Of a stretch of DNA of 64,000 nt, positions 20,277 to 30,185 are shown in pieces. Origin of the DNA: Perkinsela sp. CCAP 1560/9 (Eukaryota; Protista; Euglenozoa: Kinetoplastea); NCBI GenBank assembly GCA_965644495.1, contig CBFFSA010000001.1, positions 248,001-312,000 on the forward strand. Reading direction: 5' to 3'. A program made the translations under genes and the position numbers. Position 1 is the stretch's first letter; each line of letters starts with the position of its first letter. The notes under the pieces were generated by a model. It did no database searches, was not told the origin of the DNA, and saw only the letters and a program-made list of their open reading frames with translations.

Positions 20277-21200
20277 ATGCCCCGTGACCCCCACGAGGAC
20301 ACCGCATCCGCCTACTCCTCCCCCCCCGCTCCCCCCTCCCTCCATGCCCAGACCCTCCAGCGCATGCGCGCCTACCGCACCGCGCGCTCCCGGCATGAGC
20401 CCCACAAAGGGAAGTACGCGATGAACTTCACAGCGCCCCGGTTCCCCTCCTCCAACGCTTCTTCCAGTCAAAGGCATACGGCAAAGGTAAACGAGAGTGT
20501 CGGTCAAGTAGCGTACCCCCCCGTGACGCTCCCCGGGAGGGGGGAGGGCAAGAAGAGTGCCGGGGGGAGTCGGCGGTCCCGAAGCAGCGCCCCGGCCCGA
20601 CCACAGCCCGGGAGCGCGACCCAGGGGGTACCGTTTTATGCTACAAAGGATAAAACGATGGGGGAGAGATCCTTTTCGGCTTCGGGTTCTTGTTGGGCGC
20701 ATCACCGGGTACTGCCCAGTGCCTCGATGCGGTCGGGCTCGGAGCGGTGTGTGCTGGGGAGTGGGGCGGGGGGCAGTTTGGGGAAGTACGGTCCTGGGGT
20801 GCATTATGCGGTTCCCGGGATGGGGGATGTGAGGAGGAGGGAGGCTTCTGGGAGTATGCGCTCCCGGGCGCCTCGGATTCCGTTGGGGAAGACGGAGGGG
20901 GCGGGACGGTATTATGGTGTGAAAGGCGGAGTTGGGGAGGTGCAGCAAAAGGGGAGGGGAAGTTTCTGGACCCGGCCACCGACGCAACCGAGGGAGGCAG
21001 TGCTTCCGCGAAAAAATGCTAATGCGAAGGGGGCGGTAGTGCCGACATCCGCGCGGGATCCTTTGCATCGGATTCCGAACAGTTCTCGGGCGTCGTTTTC
21101 CGCGACCTCGTCTAGATTGCCACATTTCGAGCGTCTGTCTTGTACTCCCGGTCCCGGGCACTATGCCTCGCCGTTGATTAGTATGGGTATGATGGTATGA
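20277..21200 (+). CDS. SHIPPO/STPG (PGPGxY) repeat microtubule-associated protein
   Basis: F...PRF, GPGVHY, ASFSATSSRL and TPGPGHY motifs. Confidence 0.6.
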   Translation: MPRDPHEDTASAYSSPPAPPSLHAQTLQRMRAYRTARSRHEPHKGKYAMNFTAPRFPSSNASSSQRHTAKVNESVGQVAYPPVTLPGRGEGKKSAGGSRRSRSSAPARPQPGSATQGVPFYATKDKTMGERSFSASGSCWAHHRVLPSASMRSGSERCVLGSGAGGSLGKYGPGVHYAVPGMGDVRRREASGSMRSRAPRIPLGKTEGAGRYYGVKGGVGEVQQKGRGSFWTRPPTQPREAVLPRKNANAKGAVVPTSARDPLHRIPNSSRASFSATSSRLPHFERLSCTPGPGHYASPLISMGMMV

Positions 21201-21753
21201 GACGGAAAACAGAAGGAATGGGATCGACTAGTAGCGTGTTCTTCGTTGTGTATATTTCGTTTGGTTGAGATTCTCGAATCGCAAAGAGGACTAATTATAT
21301 TTTCTGCAGAGATCTGCATGTACATGGAAACGCACGTAAGAAATCAAATCTAATTAAACCTACCGCAATTCGCTATCTTTGCTAGTCTATTAGAGATTTT
21401 ACAATGTCAAATACATTTGATAGTTGTTGGTTTTTAAGCTGAAACCTTATAGTCATGTCGTAGAGCTTGAAATAAAGAAGTCTTCGTGCAAAATACATGC
21501 ACGTAGGTTTTCATGAGCTTTCATTATGTGATAAAAATGATGATAAAAGTAATGCGCTATTATTTTCGTTCTTATAGTGTGCCGTATGTAATGGAGCATG
21601 AATGTTTCTTGGTTTTTTTGTTTCAATATTTTATTTACTCTACAACCTCTCTAATGGGTTTATTTATTATTATTTCAAATGAATATTGCGTAGATAAAGA
21701 AGGTCGCATGATGTGAAAACTGTTACCTTCAACATTTGGAAGACGAAGTCCTC

Positions 21754-24729
21754 ATGAGACGTGTTTGCCTTCTTCAGCGAAAAGCCATGTTTACCAACTC
21801 TTGTCCATTTTTTGCAAAGACAGCGGAAGCGCGCAGTAATTATAATATGACTACCGAAAAAGAGCGGTCTCGAAGTCAACCTAGAAATAAGAAGCCTGTT
21901 TCTGAGGAATTATCCATCAGCAAGAAGCGGTTGGACGACTTGCCTCTAAAAACTAAATTTAAAGATTCCATTGCGTCTGGTGAAATTTCTACTCCTAGTT
22001 GTTATGGTACAGATGACCTCGTACGTTTAGGACTTGAACTTATGTATCGCTCCATATTGAATTTACCGAGCCAATTTGCTGCGAATGCCACACGTTACGT
22101 ACGCTCTAAAAGATCTAAAGAGGAACTCAGTGCCGTTGACGACGCCAGGCTTCGAAAAGTTACTGGGGTGAAATATATTAATGATGCAAGTTTAGTTGAT
22201 GAATCTAGTGGTGCAAATGTATTAATGAATAAAACTTTAAACTCATCATTGACGCAAAATGGAAATTGTTTCACTGAGAGACATGATCGGGTCGCAGAAA
22301 AGGCTCGGAGACTACTCCAAGAGATTCCTTACTTCCAAATCGAACGGCTTCTCATCATGGATTACGCCAACGAAGGTGGATTCTATGATCTAGATATATT
22401 TTCAAATGTCTCTGACAGTTTTCCGAACGAAAAGACGCATATGATCCTCATTGATGAACAAGGAATCGCTGGAGTCCTCAGCCCTTCGCTTCCGATTGTC
22501 AAGCAGAATCAAGTCACACTGATTCGAGTACCCCGAGGCGCCGACAGCGGTGACTTGTGGATATTATACGCCATGTTTTGTGCCATTCTCCCCCATTACA
22601 ACTGTGGAACAAGTACGGCATCCGCTATAAAGGAAATCTTTGTCCTTACTCGGGATGGATCTTTGCGGGATGCCGTACACTCTCTTTCGAACAACCTTTC
22701 TGATTTAATACAACATTTATCATCCCAGACGCGTAGCGGACGTATCCTGTCCCCTTCAGCAATGAATACCAAAAGCTATCTTGCTTTCCGATGTCTAGAA
22801 CTAAAAGGCGGCGTTACGACAGAACACCAAGCGAGAGATATTGGCTCTGTTGCGACCAATGAAGCACGGAACATTGATTTAACGTTGAGGTCTGAACCTT
22901 CACTAGGGGGAATTCCTAGTTCTTCCTCCCCTCCCAATAAATCCGATAATGAAGTCGCGCAGACCTTCATAAAAAGTACTCCCAGCGTCGGTACAAGTCA
23001 TAGAGTAGATGTGAGCAATTCAGAGACTATTGTCTTTTTGCGCCTCTTGAGAGGTCTCGTACTGAAGCGCGTGTCTCTAAGACGCAATTACTTAATATGG
23101 CGTAACCTTGAGCGTTCTTTGCACAGTAAAACGGTTATACCGTACTCTAATAAAACTCAAAAGAGTCAGCGAAAAACATATCGATGTAAGAAAGGCGTTG
23201 AGATATTGCGTCACATCCTGACCAAACAGCGTCAAAAATTGCAAGACTATTCGGCAAGGTGTATCGCTAAACTGAATGGGGTTCGAAAGAATTTATTGGC
23301 TTGTGCTTGCAGGTTAGAAAACATGTTTCCAGTCGATGATCATATAAAACGAGATATGGGTTTGATAAGAAAGCACGCTCTCTTATTCATCAAAAGCCGA
23401 AACAATATATGCTTGGGAAAGCACCATCCTTGTCTCCTAATCGTGGACTTTTTCACGTTGGGCAAGTCGTCTGCTTCATCCTGGAGTGAAGAGCTGGGTG
23501 CCGTTACCTACCAAACGACTGAATCCTCTCACAAGTCAGCGAGTGCTGACATGCCTGAGTTTTTAAAGCACGAGGTTGCTGAACTTCGAATCCCACTACT
23601 AGCACATATTCCGGAGATTGATGATCAGGACCTCAATGTGATGGACATTGAAACCAAACTCCGTATGTCTACTCAGTCAGTAGGAAGCATCCGAGCCCAA
23701 CTCACATGCTACTTATGCTACGTGCTCTCACTTCTAGAAGGTTACTTTCAGTCCTGCATTGTACTGGGAGGGGGGGCCTTTGCTGCCAAACCTAGTTTTC
23801 GAGAGGTTTACACCGACGAAGATGTTTTGGCATCGAATCCTGGTGGAAAGCACATTATAGACTCGTTGTACGCCCTCTATTTTTCGAATGCTCCCAATGG
23901 TAAGAATATGAACGGCTTGAAAAAAATTCTTGAAGTCGAAGATCAAGCTTCTGCTTCGGGGATGCACAAGGATGTTTCTGGCGCAGCGTTCGGACCTGTC
24001 ATTAGTCGTAGAATTTCGTACGCACCACATCAGCTGAAGTCAATTGAACTAGTGTCCCGTTTATCGTGGGATGCACTTTTTGTGCAGCACCCGAATGCGA
24101 AACATCCAAAGGCGTATTTTCGCTGGTGGAAAGAACGTGCTACTACACTACCGCAAAGCGTGTTAACACCTACGATAGAGGATGTCACGAGCGTTCTTCG
24201 TAGTGTGATGGAACCCGTGGTCATTCAAGCCCACGTAGGATACCTCCTCCTGTGTCCTGGGCGTTGCTTATCCATCCTTCCTCAGCATGATTCCTCGCAC
24301 CGGGCTGAAAATTCCAAAGGTTATCCCGTACAGAACTTGCTACGAAATCAAATAGTAAAGGTTGTTGTTCCTTTAGGTTATGAGGGGCTGTATTTGTTTC
24401 GACTTTTACTGGAGCGATCAAGGGAAATTTCTACTCTCTCGCTTGAAGCGAGAACGGCCTTCAAGAAAACGTCCGAAGACTTAAATCGGCATGTACAAAT
24501 TAAAGGACAGCTTGTTCCTCTCCATTCCTTCTGTGCCCTGGTTAGTGCATACGTGGATGATTCTATGCTCGAATTCGGTACGAAATCGAAAGAATTCCTT
24601 CGTCGGATCTGGAGCTGGTGTAAAATCTACACGCGATTTCACTTTGAACACGGTAAACGGTCGGGGTGTAGTTTTTCGTCCTTAAAATATGCTCGACCCC
24701 CCGATAATCGTGCTTCGACCAATAAATAG
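21754..24729 (+). CDS. Hypothetical protein, possible PIN/NYN-like acidic motifs
   Basis: About 990-aa ORF; LIMDYAN...ADSGDLWI...VLTRDGSL spacing resembles PIN/NYN active-site residues (unverified). Confidence 0.7.
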   Translation: MRRVCLLQRKAMFTNSCPFFAKTAEARSNYNMTTEKERSRSQPRNKKPVSEELSISKKRLDDLPLKTKFKDSIASGEISTPSCYGTDDLVRLGLELMYRSILNLPSQFAANATRYVRSKRSKEELSAVDDARLRKVTGVKYINDASLVDESSGANVLMNKTLNSSLTQNGNCFTERHDRVAEKARRLLQEIPYFQIERLLIMDYANEGGFYDLDIFSNVSDSFPNEKTHMILIDEQGIAGVLSPSLPIVKQNQVTLIRVPRGADSGDLWILYAMFCAILPHYNCGTSTASAIKEIFVLTRDGSLRDAVHSLSNNLSDLIQHLSSQTRSGRILSPSAMNTKSYLAFRCLELKGGVTTEHQARDIGSVATNEARNIDLTLRSEPSLGGIPSSSSPPNKSDNEVAQTFIKSTPSVGTSHRVDVSNSETIVFLRLLRGLVLKRVSLRRNYLIWRNLERSLHSKTVIPYSNKTQKSQRKTYRCKKGVEILRHILTKQRQKLQDYSARCIAKLNGVRKNLLACACRLENMFPVDDHIKRDMGLIRKHALLFIKSRNNICLGKHHPCLLIVDFFTLGKSSASSWSEELGAVTYQTTESSHKSASADMPEFLKHEVAELRIPLLAHIPEIDDQDLNVMDIETKLRMSTQSVGSIRAQLTCYLCYVLSLLEGYFQSCIVLGGGAFAAKPSFREVYTDEDVLASNPGGKHIIDSLYALYFSNAPNGKNMNGLKKILEVEDQASASGMHKDVSGAAFGPVISRRISYAPHQLKSIELVSRLSWDALFVQHPNAKHPKAYFRWWKERATTLPQSVLTPTIEDVTSVLRSVMEPVVIQAHVGYLLLCPGRCLSILPQHDSSHRAENSKGYPVQNLLRNQIVKVVVPLGYEGLYLFRLLLERSREISTLSLEARTAFKKTSEDLNRHVQIKGQLVPLHSFCALVSAYVDDSMLEFGTKSKEFLRRIWSWCKIYTRFHFEHGKRSGCSFSSLKYARPPDNRASTNK

Positions 24730-24998
24730 GGAGGTCATAACCAAAACATTCTAACCACGTACACCTAGAAATGTGTTTTTCAGAAAAAGGCGATTCCACA
24801 TGCTCGAAGCACTTCATATAGACCATTACAATAACTTGCATTGCAAATTTACTTTGAAATCGCTTGCATGTTAGACTCTTCAGACATAATGTCCGTTGTG
24901 TTATGATTATAGATCATTGCAAATTTAAGGACTCAGTTAACTATGTTTTTTCTTTTTGTAATTTCAACTTGTTAATACTTAATTCAAATTTCAAGACT

Positions 24999-25715
24999 AT
25001 GATTGTCTTTTTGGTCCTTCTGCCTGTGGTCAGTGCATGTGGCGTACTCTTCTCCCACACGTTGTGCGTCTCTGTATCTGCACTCTATGAGAAGTCCGAA
25101 ATGACATCTACGGAAACAAACGTCACAGAAGGAAGGCGTCGAGGGACCCGAGTTTCATGGAGTAATGAAATACAAAGGACAATTTCAAGTTGGGATGTCC
25201 TATGGTCATTAGGATCCTTGTTAAGCCGTGTCGTTCTTTTAGTTTTAATGTTTCCGATGTATTCCGTGACATACGCGATATGTCAATGCGTTGCTTATTT
25301 TTCGACGCCGCAAGTGTCAAGTTATGTGCGGAGCAAGGAAGGTCGTGGCAAGCTCCTACGAGCAGTTATTACTTGCGTCATGATGATGGCATCTTGTTTT
25401 ATCACTCCGAATCACATGGAAAATAACGATGGCCAATGGTATGTACTTTTGGTTTACATAGGTTTCACCTACTTGCTCTTGAATTTGCTTCGATTATGGA
25501 CTTTTCCATTGACTATACTTCATCGCGGCTGTGCACCAAGTCGTTACGGACACGCAGATTGGTCTTCGCGGATACAAGCTTTCGCACTGCAAGACTCTAG
25601 CGAACAGTTCCGTGAGGAGTGTGAGGAGATTTATTCTGTTGCAACATGGTTAGCAGCTCCACTTTTTGTTGTTTTCGTGTGCTGTGGTGTTAATATTCTG
25701 CATCAAAGGTCGTAA
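24999..25715 (+). CDS. Multi-pass membrane protein, unknown function
   Basis: ORF with 4-5 hydrophobic segments. Confidence 0.65.
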   Translation: MIVFLVLLPVVSACGVLFSHTLCVSVSALYEKSEMTSTETNVTEGRRRGTRVSWSNEIQRTISSWDVLWSLGSLLSRVVLLVLMFPMYSVTYAICQCVAYFSTPQVSSYVRSKEGRGKLLRAVITCVMMMASCFITPNHMENNDGQWYVLLVYIGFTYLLLNLLRLWTFPLTILHRGCAPSRYGHADWSSRIQAFALQDSSEQFREECEEIYSVATWLAAPLFVVFVCCGVNILHQRS

Positions 25716-26186
25716 TTAAAGAAGCCGATTGCCCAGGTACGTATGGAGGCTTTCTGAACAGCCTACCTATCACCATTTTGGTCGTTCCTACGCAAATAGA
25801 GCACTCGATTTATTGATTGGAAGTGCAGTTTTTCAGATCAAGTTGTGAACGTATGGAAAATGCAGTGATTAGCAAAGTCACGCTTACGTACAATTAGACG
25901 CATTTCTCTTAAGAATCACTTCCTGACTTGCTTCGAATCTTTATAACGGGACTTCGTGCACTATTTTCACATCAAGATCAAGCGTATCAGATTATGAATA
26001 CCTTTTCGGGAAGAACAATTATTACCGTTGCAGGTACGTTCTACAGAATCGTGAAATACTTCTAGTTGTATACTTTCAAGCAAACCTTTCCATATGTACG
26101 TACATTTTTTATTCCAGAGCAAAAAGATCACAACTACCATAAATTTAGAACTTAGAAGTCACATTCGTTTACATTGCAGTAAACTC

Positions 26187-26993
26187 ATGCCCTTGAACAG
26201 CTTACATTGGTTAGTTCTCATTGCGTTTAGTACTTCTTTGGAGTACGCAGACGACTCCACCTTGCGACGCGGTAAAGTGGATCGACTTTTAATACCGGCC
26301 GGTGAATTATTCAGTGCGTTCATAGATGAAATAGAAAACCCACATTCCTCATGGATAACGCATAAAAAAAGTTTTTTCCGAACCAAAGAAGTGTCCCCTT
26401 GTACATGGAAAGGAGTTATCTGTAACGCTCATTACCAGATAGAGCGCATTCAGTGGAATTATTACGACCTAAAGTACCGACTTTCCGGTCGTCTTAATTG
26501 GTATGCCATTCCTTGTACCTTAGTTTTTATTGATTGTGGATTAAACATGATCACGGGAGGCGTACCTGCTGAACGATTTCCAGAGACTTTGGAATTTTTC
26601 TCGCTTCACGGGAATCATCTGATGGGATCACTCGACTTAACCTCACTTCCAAGTGAGATGAAAGATCTCTATGGATATGACAACGCGTTTTCCGGGACTC
26701 TCGATTTTTCTCATCTTCCACTTACAATGGAAGTCATTTGCTTACAACACAACCGATTTGAAGGCGAGGTGAGACTTACTGATTTGCCTAGTCGACTAAA
26801 TCGTCTACAGTTGCAACATAATATTTTATCAGGGATCGTGGATTTAACGCATCTAGGGGCTTATAAGGGTGTCGGAAAACGAGACATTAATCTGGCACGA
26901 AATTGCTTTACAGGCTACCGAAGCTCTCTCCCACACAATAAATTGCCCTCTTCTGTATCGTATGACCCACAGAAGGAGAATCTAATTGTTTGA
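26187..26993 (+). CDS. Leucine-rich repeat protein with N-terminal signal-like peptide
   Basis: MPLNSLHWLVLIAF..., ENPHSSW...PCTWKGVIC cap and LRRs; an upstream ATG at 26094 is also possible. Confidence 0.85.
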   Translation: MPLNSLHWLVLIAFSTSLEYADDSTLRRGKVDRLLIPAGELFSAFIDEIENPHSSWITHKKSFFRTKEVSPCTWKGVICNAHYQIERIQWNYYDLKYRLSGRLNWYAIPCTLVFIDCGLNMITGGVPAERFPETLEFFSLHGNHLMGSLDLTSLPSEMKDLYGYDNAFSGTLDFSHLPLTMEVICLQHNRFEGEVRLTDLPSRLNRLQLQHNILSGIVDLTHLGAYKGVGKRDINLARNCFTGYRSSLPHNKLPSSVSYDPQKENLIV

Positions 26994-27243
26994 TAGTTTC
27001 AAAACGACATCAACGTTGGTTTTCAACCTTGAGTATACTGTGTATATTGTAGAGATTAATTTTGAAGATGTGCGAAATTTGTGGATACTTTCCTTTATCT
27101 CCCTCCGCATTTAAGCCTAAAGTTACTGGTACGTTTTGAAAAGATAGCCTTACAAGAAAAATGTATCGAGATACTCGCATGCAATTTACAAACGCATATT
27201 TGAAATGTGTATAAAAATTACTTAGTTTTTAAGCTTTTCTGCA

Positions 27244-30018
27244 ATGGTGCGCTCATATCTGAAGTACAACACTTCTCACGGAGGAGGCGTCTTACTCTCT
27301 CCAGCGTGCAATTTTATGAGCTTTGTAAACTTCGGGAATTTTTTCCCCGATACGTCCCCCAATGGGGTGGGTACAAAGAGGTCTTCGTCGACGATTTTGT
27401 TGATGGCTGGTCTGCGACAAATTCAATTTTTAGACATTCGGACCGGTGAAACGCTACATGTTTTGCGCACCGCTCCGCAGGATGGAAGTATGGAAGATGA
27501 AGGCTTTATAACAACTCTTGGGACGAATGACTCGGATGACTTAATTGCCGTAGGGATGAGTACTGGACGTGTGTCTCTATACCAATTTGATCATCAGGAA
27601 CAGGAGATCACTTGCTCTCTTTCTTCTACCGCTCATCGATATGGTTCAAAAATTCATCATATAGCCTTCTCCGGTCAAGAAAGAATGCAAGCAAACAGCG
27701 TTTCATCATCAAGCTTGATGGTTACAGGAGGACAAGATACCTTCATCATAGTCTGGGACACCTTGAGTCGGGAAGCCCTTGTACGCCTACAAGGTCATAG
27801 CGGTCCTATTACAGGATTGCATCTTATTCAAGTTCCTTATGTTAACGTTACAGAACGACTAATTAGTACATCTGTTGACGGTCTTCTGAAAATTTGGGAT
27901 CTTGAAGAGCATGTTTGTATTAGCACTACGGTAATATGCGACGTAGCTCAAATCGTTACGTGTTCTCTTTACGTAAAAGACATAAAACAGCTACTTATCG
28001 GATCACGTGATGACTTGATACGAGTATATTCTGTGGAGTTTAAAATAAATTCTGAGTCGGGACCTGGGAATAAAAGCGCTGAGGAAGACTTAAGTGGCAT
28101 AGGAGTATCTTCTGCTCAAAGCATCCAACGCAGATCGAAGCGTCCTATTCTTTCAATGTTTGCTCAACTATGTAGTGGTAAAATATTGTTCGTACATCTT
28201 CAAACTGCAGATCGTGCTGTTGAACTGCTTGCGCCTCGATCAGATCAGAAAATTCGAAAACGAAAAGGTGGGAAGAATCATAGCGAAGCACTGCTTGAAA
28301 AATGTGGGCTATTCTACAAGGGAAGTTACTACGCTACAAACGGCAGGATAGTGTGTCTCGCTTGTCTCACCTTAAAATCATCTAAAACAGCTACGAAAGC
28401 CCCTGCTGTTGTACTCGGGCTTAGCAGCAATACCCTTGAGATCGTAGCACTTCGTGACTTACTAAGTGAAGGAAACACTACCCAATCAATCGACGGCCCT
28501 CCGAAAAGAAGTGTTCATCGTCAGTTGTCCATGCAAGGGCATCCTGGAGAGATTACCTCCTTGCATACATTACATGAAGATAGCGGTTTGATTACACTGT
28601 GTCCTCAGGAAGGAATTCGCACCTGGCACTTTGATTTCGACAGTAATCCTTGTCGGGTGGTATGCAATGGTATTATTCCGTATTCGGGTTTAACATGCTT
28701 GGCTACATTCGAAGGAATTGCTGGAGTGGCCGGATCCTCTAGTGGGCACTTGGTTTCATTGGATTTCATGTCGAAGACGTGCTCTGACATGGCTCACGCC
28801 CATGAAGGTGGGGTGACCACCCTTTGTAGTTTCACACTTAGTGATGACACGCGGAAAAAGAGACAAACTGATGAATCACCAAGTATCCCAATGCTATATA
28901 CGTGCGGAAAAGATAATTTTCTACGCGTTTGGGCGCTTGATCAGACGTCGGCCGAATGGCAAGAGCAAGTAGAACGTGCCGTGGAGCTTCCAGACATGGG
29001 CGTCAATGTGTCGGTCGATTCTAGTCTTAAATTCGTGGCAGTGGCCTTGCAAGATACGACTATTCGCGTGTACTATGCAGATTCACATAAGCCGTTTCTC
29101 AATCTTTATGGGCATAGCTATATTGTAAATTCCATTGCAATAAGTGATGACTTGGAACTTCTGGCGTCTGGTTCAGTAGACAAAAATATTAAACTTTGGG
29201 GCCTGGATTTTGGCGATTTACATCGCTCCATAATAGCTCACGATAGCTATGTAATGCAAGTGCGTTTCGTGCCTAATACTCATTATTTGGTTAGCGTGGG
29301 GAAAGATGGTTGTTGCAAGCTTTGGGATGCTGATACGTGGAGTTTGATTCAAGATTTTCCTGTAGGGTGCACCGGACCTTTGAATTCTTGTGTCGTCTCT
29401 ACCCACGGATCGTTTATCGCCTGCGCAGGGGACGATAGGTGGATTCAGGTTTTTGAAAAAACACAAGATCTTATCTTTCCACATGAAGAAACACAACGGC
29501 GAATGGAGCTAGCTTTGGATCGTGAAACGGCCGAACGTGCATCGTTTGAACTTGTAAAAGTGGGAGGGTCTTCTTCCATGGCACCGATAGTACAAAAAAC
29601 TGCCGGGGCTGTACATGCTGCCGATCGCATTTCTGACTCACTGGAAAATGTCCAAATGGAAGCCACTGAGCTCCACGAAAAAGGCAGTCGTTATAGAGTA
29701 TGGACAGTGATACGAGATGAGATTCCTGCAACAGATTTAGCACATGCCCTAAAGTCACTTTCGCTCAGCGATGCCACGAAATTACTTCAACTACTTAAGC
29801 TGCTTCTGGAGTCCAATGTGGTGGACCACTGGGATACCGCGTGGCAAGTCTTGATCCGACTTGCAAGAGCACATTATTCAAATCTTCCGTCGCAGCTTTT
29901 GGTATCGCTCATATCTCTGATGCGTGCTACGGGTAGTGAGCATCACCAACGTATAGGTCAAAATATTGCTGCCTTAGAGTATATTAAATCTTCGAAGGTA
30001 ATTGAAGCTGATATTTAG
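27244..30018 (+). CDS. UTP12: U3 snoRNP WD40 protein UTP12/DIP2/WDR3
   Basis: MVRSYLKY start; LNLYGH...SGSVDKNIKLWGLDFGDLHRSIIAHDSYVMQVRFVPNTHY signature; C-terminal Utp12 domain (IGQNIAALEYI). Confidence 0.93.
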   Translation: MVRSYLKYNTSHGGGVLLSPACNFMSFVNFGNFFPDTSPNGVGTKRSSSTILLMAGLRQIQFLDIRTGETLHVLRTAPQDGSMEDEGFITTLGTNDSDDLIAVGMSTGRVSLYQFDHQEQEITCSLSSTAHRYGSKIHHIAFSGQERMQANSVSSSSLMVTGGQDTFIIVWDTLSREALVRLQGHSGPITGLHLIQVPYVNVTERLISTSVDGLLKIWDLEEHVCISTTVICDVAQIVTCSLYVKDIKQLLIGSRDDLIRVYSVEFKINSESGPGNKSAEEDLSGIGVSSAQSIQRRSKRPILSMFAQLCSGKILFVHLQTADRAVELLAPRSDQKIRKRKGGKNHSEALLEKCGLFYKGSYYATNGRIVCLACLTLKSSKTATKAPAVVLGLSSNTLEIVALRDLLSEGNTTQSIDGPPKRSVHRQLSMQGHPGEITSLHTLHEDSGLITLCPQEGIRTWHFDFDSNPCRVVCNGIIPYSGLTCLATFEGIAGVAGSSSGHLVSLDFMSKTCSDMAHAHEGGVTTLCSFTLSDDTRKKRQTDESPSIPMLYTCGKDNFLRVWALDQTSAEWQEQVERAVELPDMGVNVSVDSSLKFVAVALQDTTIRVYYADSHKPFLNLYGHSYIVNSIAISDDLELLASGSVDKNIKLWGLDFGDLHRSIIAHDSYVMQVRFVPNTHYLVSVGKDGCCKLWDADTWSLIQDFPVGCTGPLNSCVVSTHGSFIACAGDDRWIQVFEKTQDLIFPHEETQRRMELALDRETAERASFELVKVGGSSSMAPIVQKTAGAVHAADRISDSLENVQMEATELHEKGSRYRVWTVIRDEIPATDLAHALKSLSLSDATKLLQLLKLLLESNVVDHWDTAWQVLIRLARAHYSNLPSQLLVSLISLMRATGSEHHQRIGQNIAALEYIKSSKVIEADI

Positions 30019-30185
30019 TTCTTATATCCCATTTTAATCAGAGCATCAAATAAACAAACTCTTTTTAAAGTTATTTTTATCATTGTGCAGAAACCACTTT
30101 ATGATGCAAGAGAAAAGAGACCAACGTGAAAATGATGACTTTCTTTCCAAGTTCTGATTTATTTGATCTTAGAATTATCTGAGCT

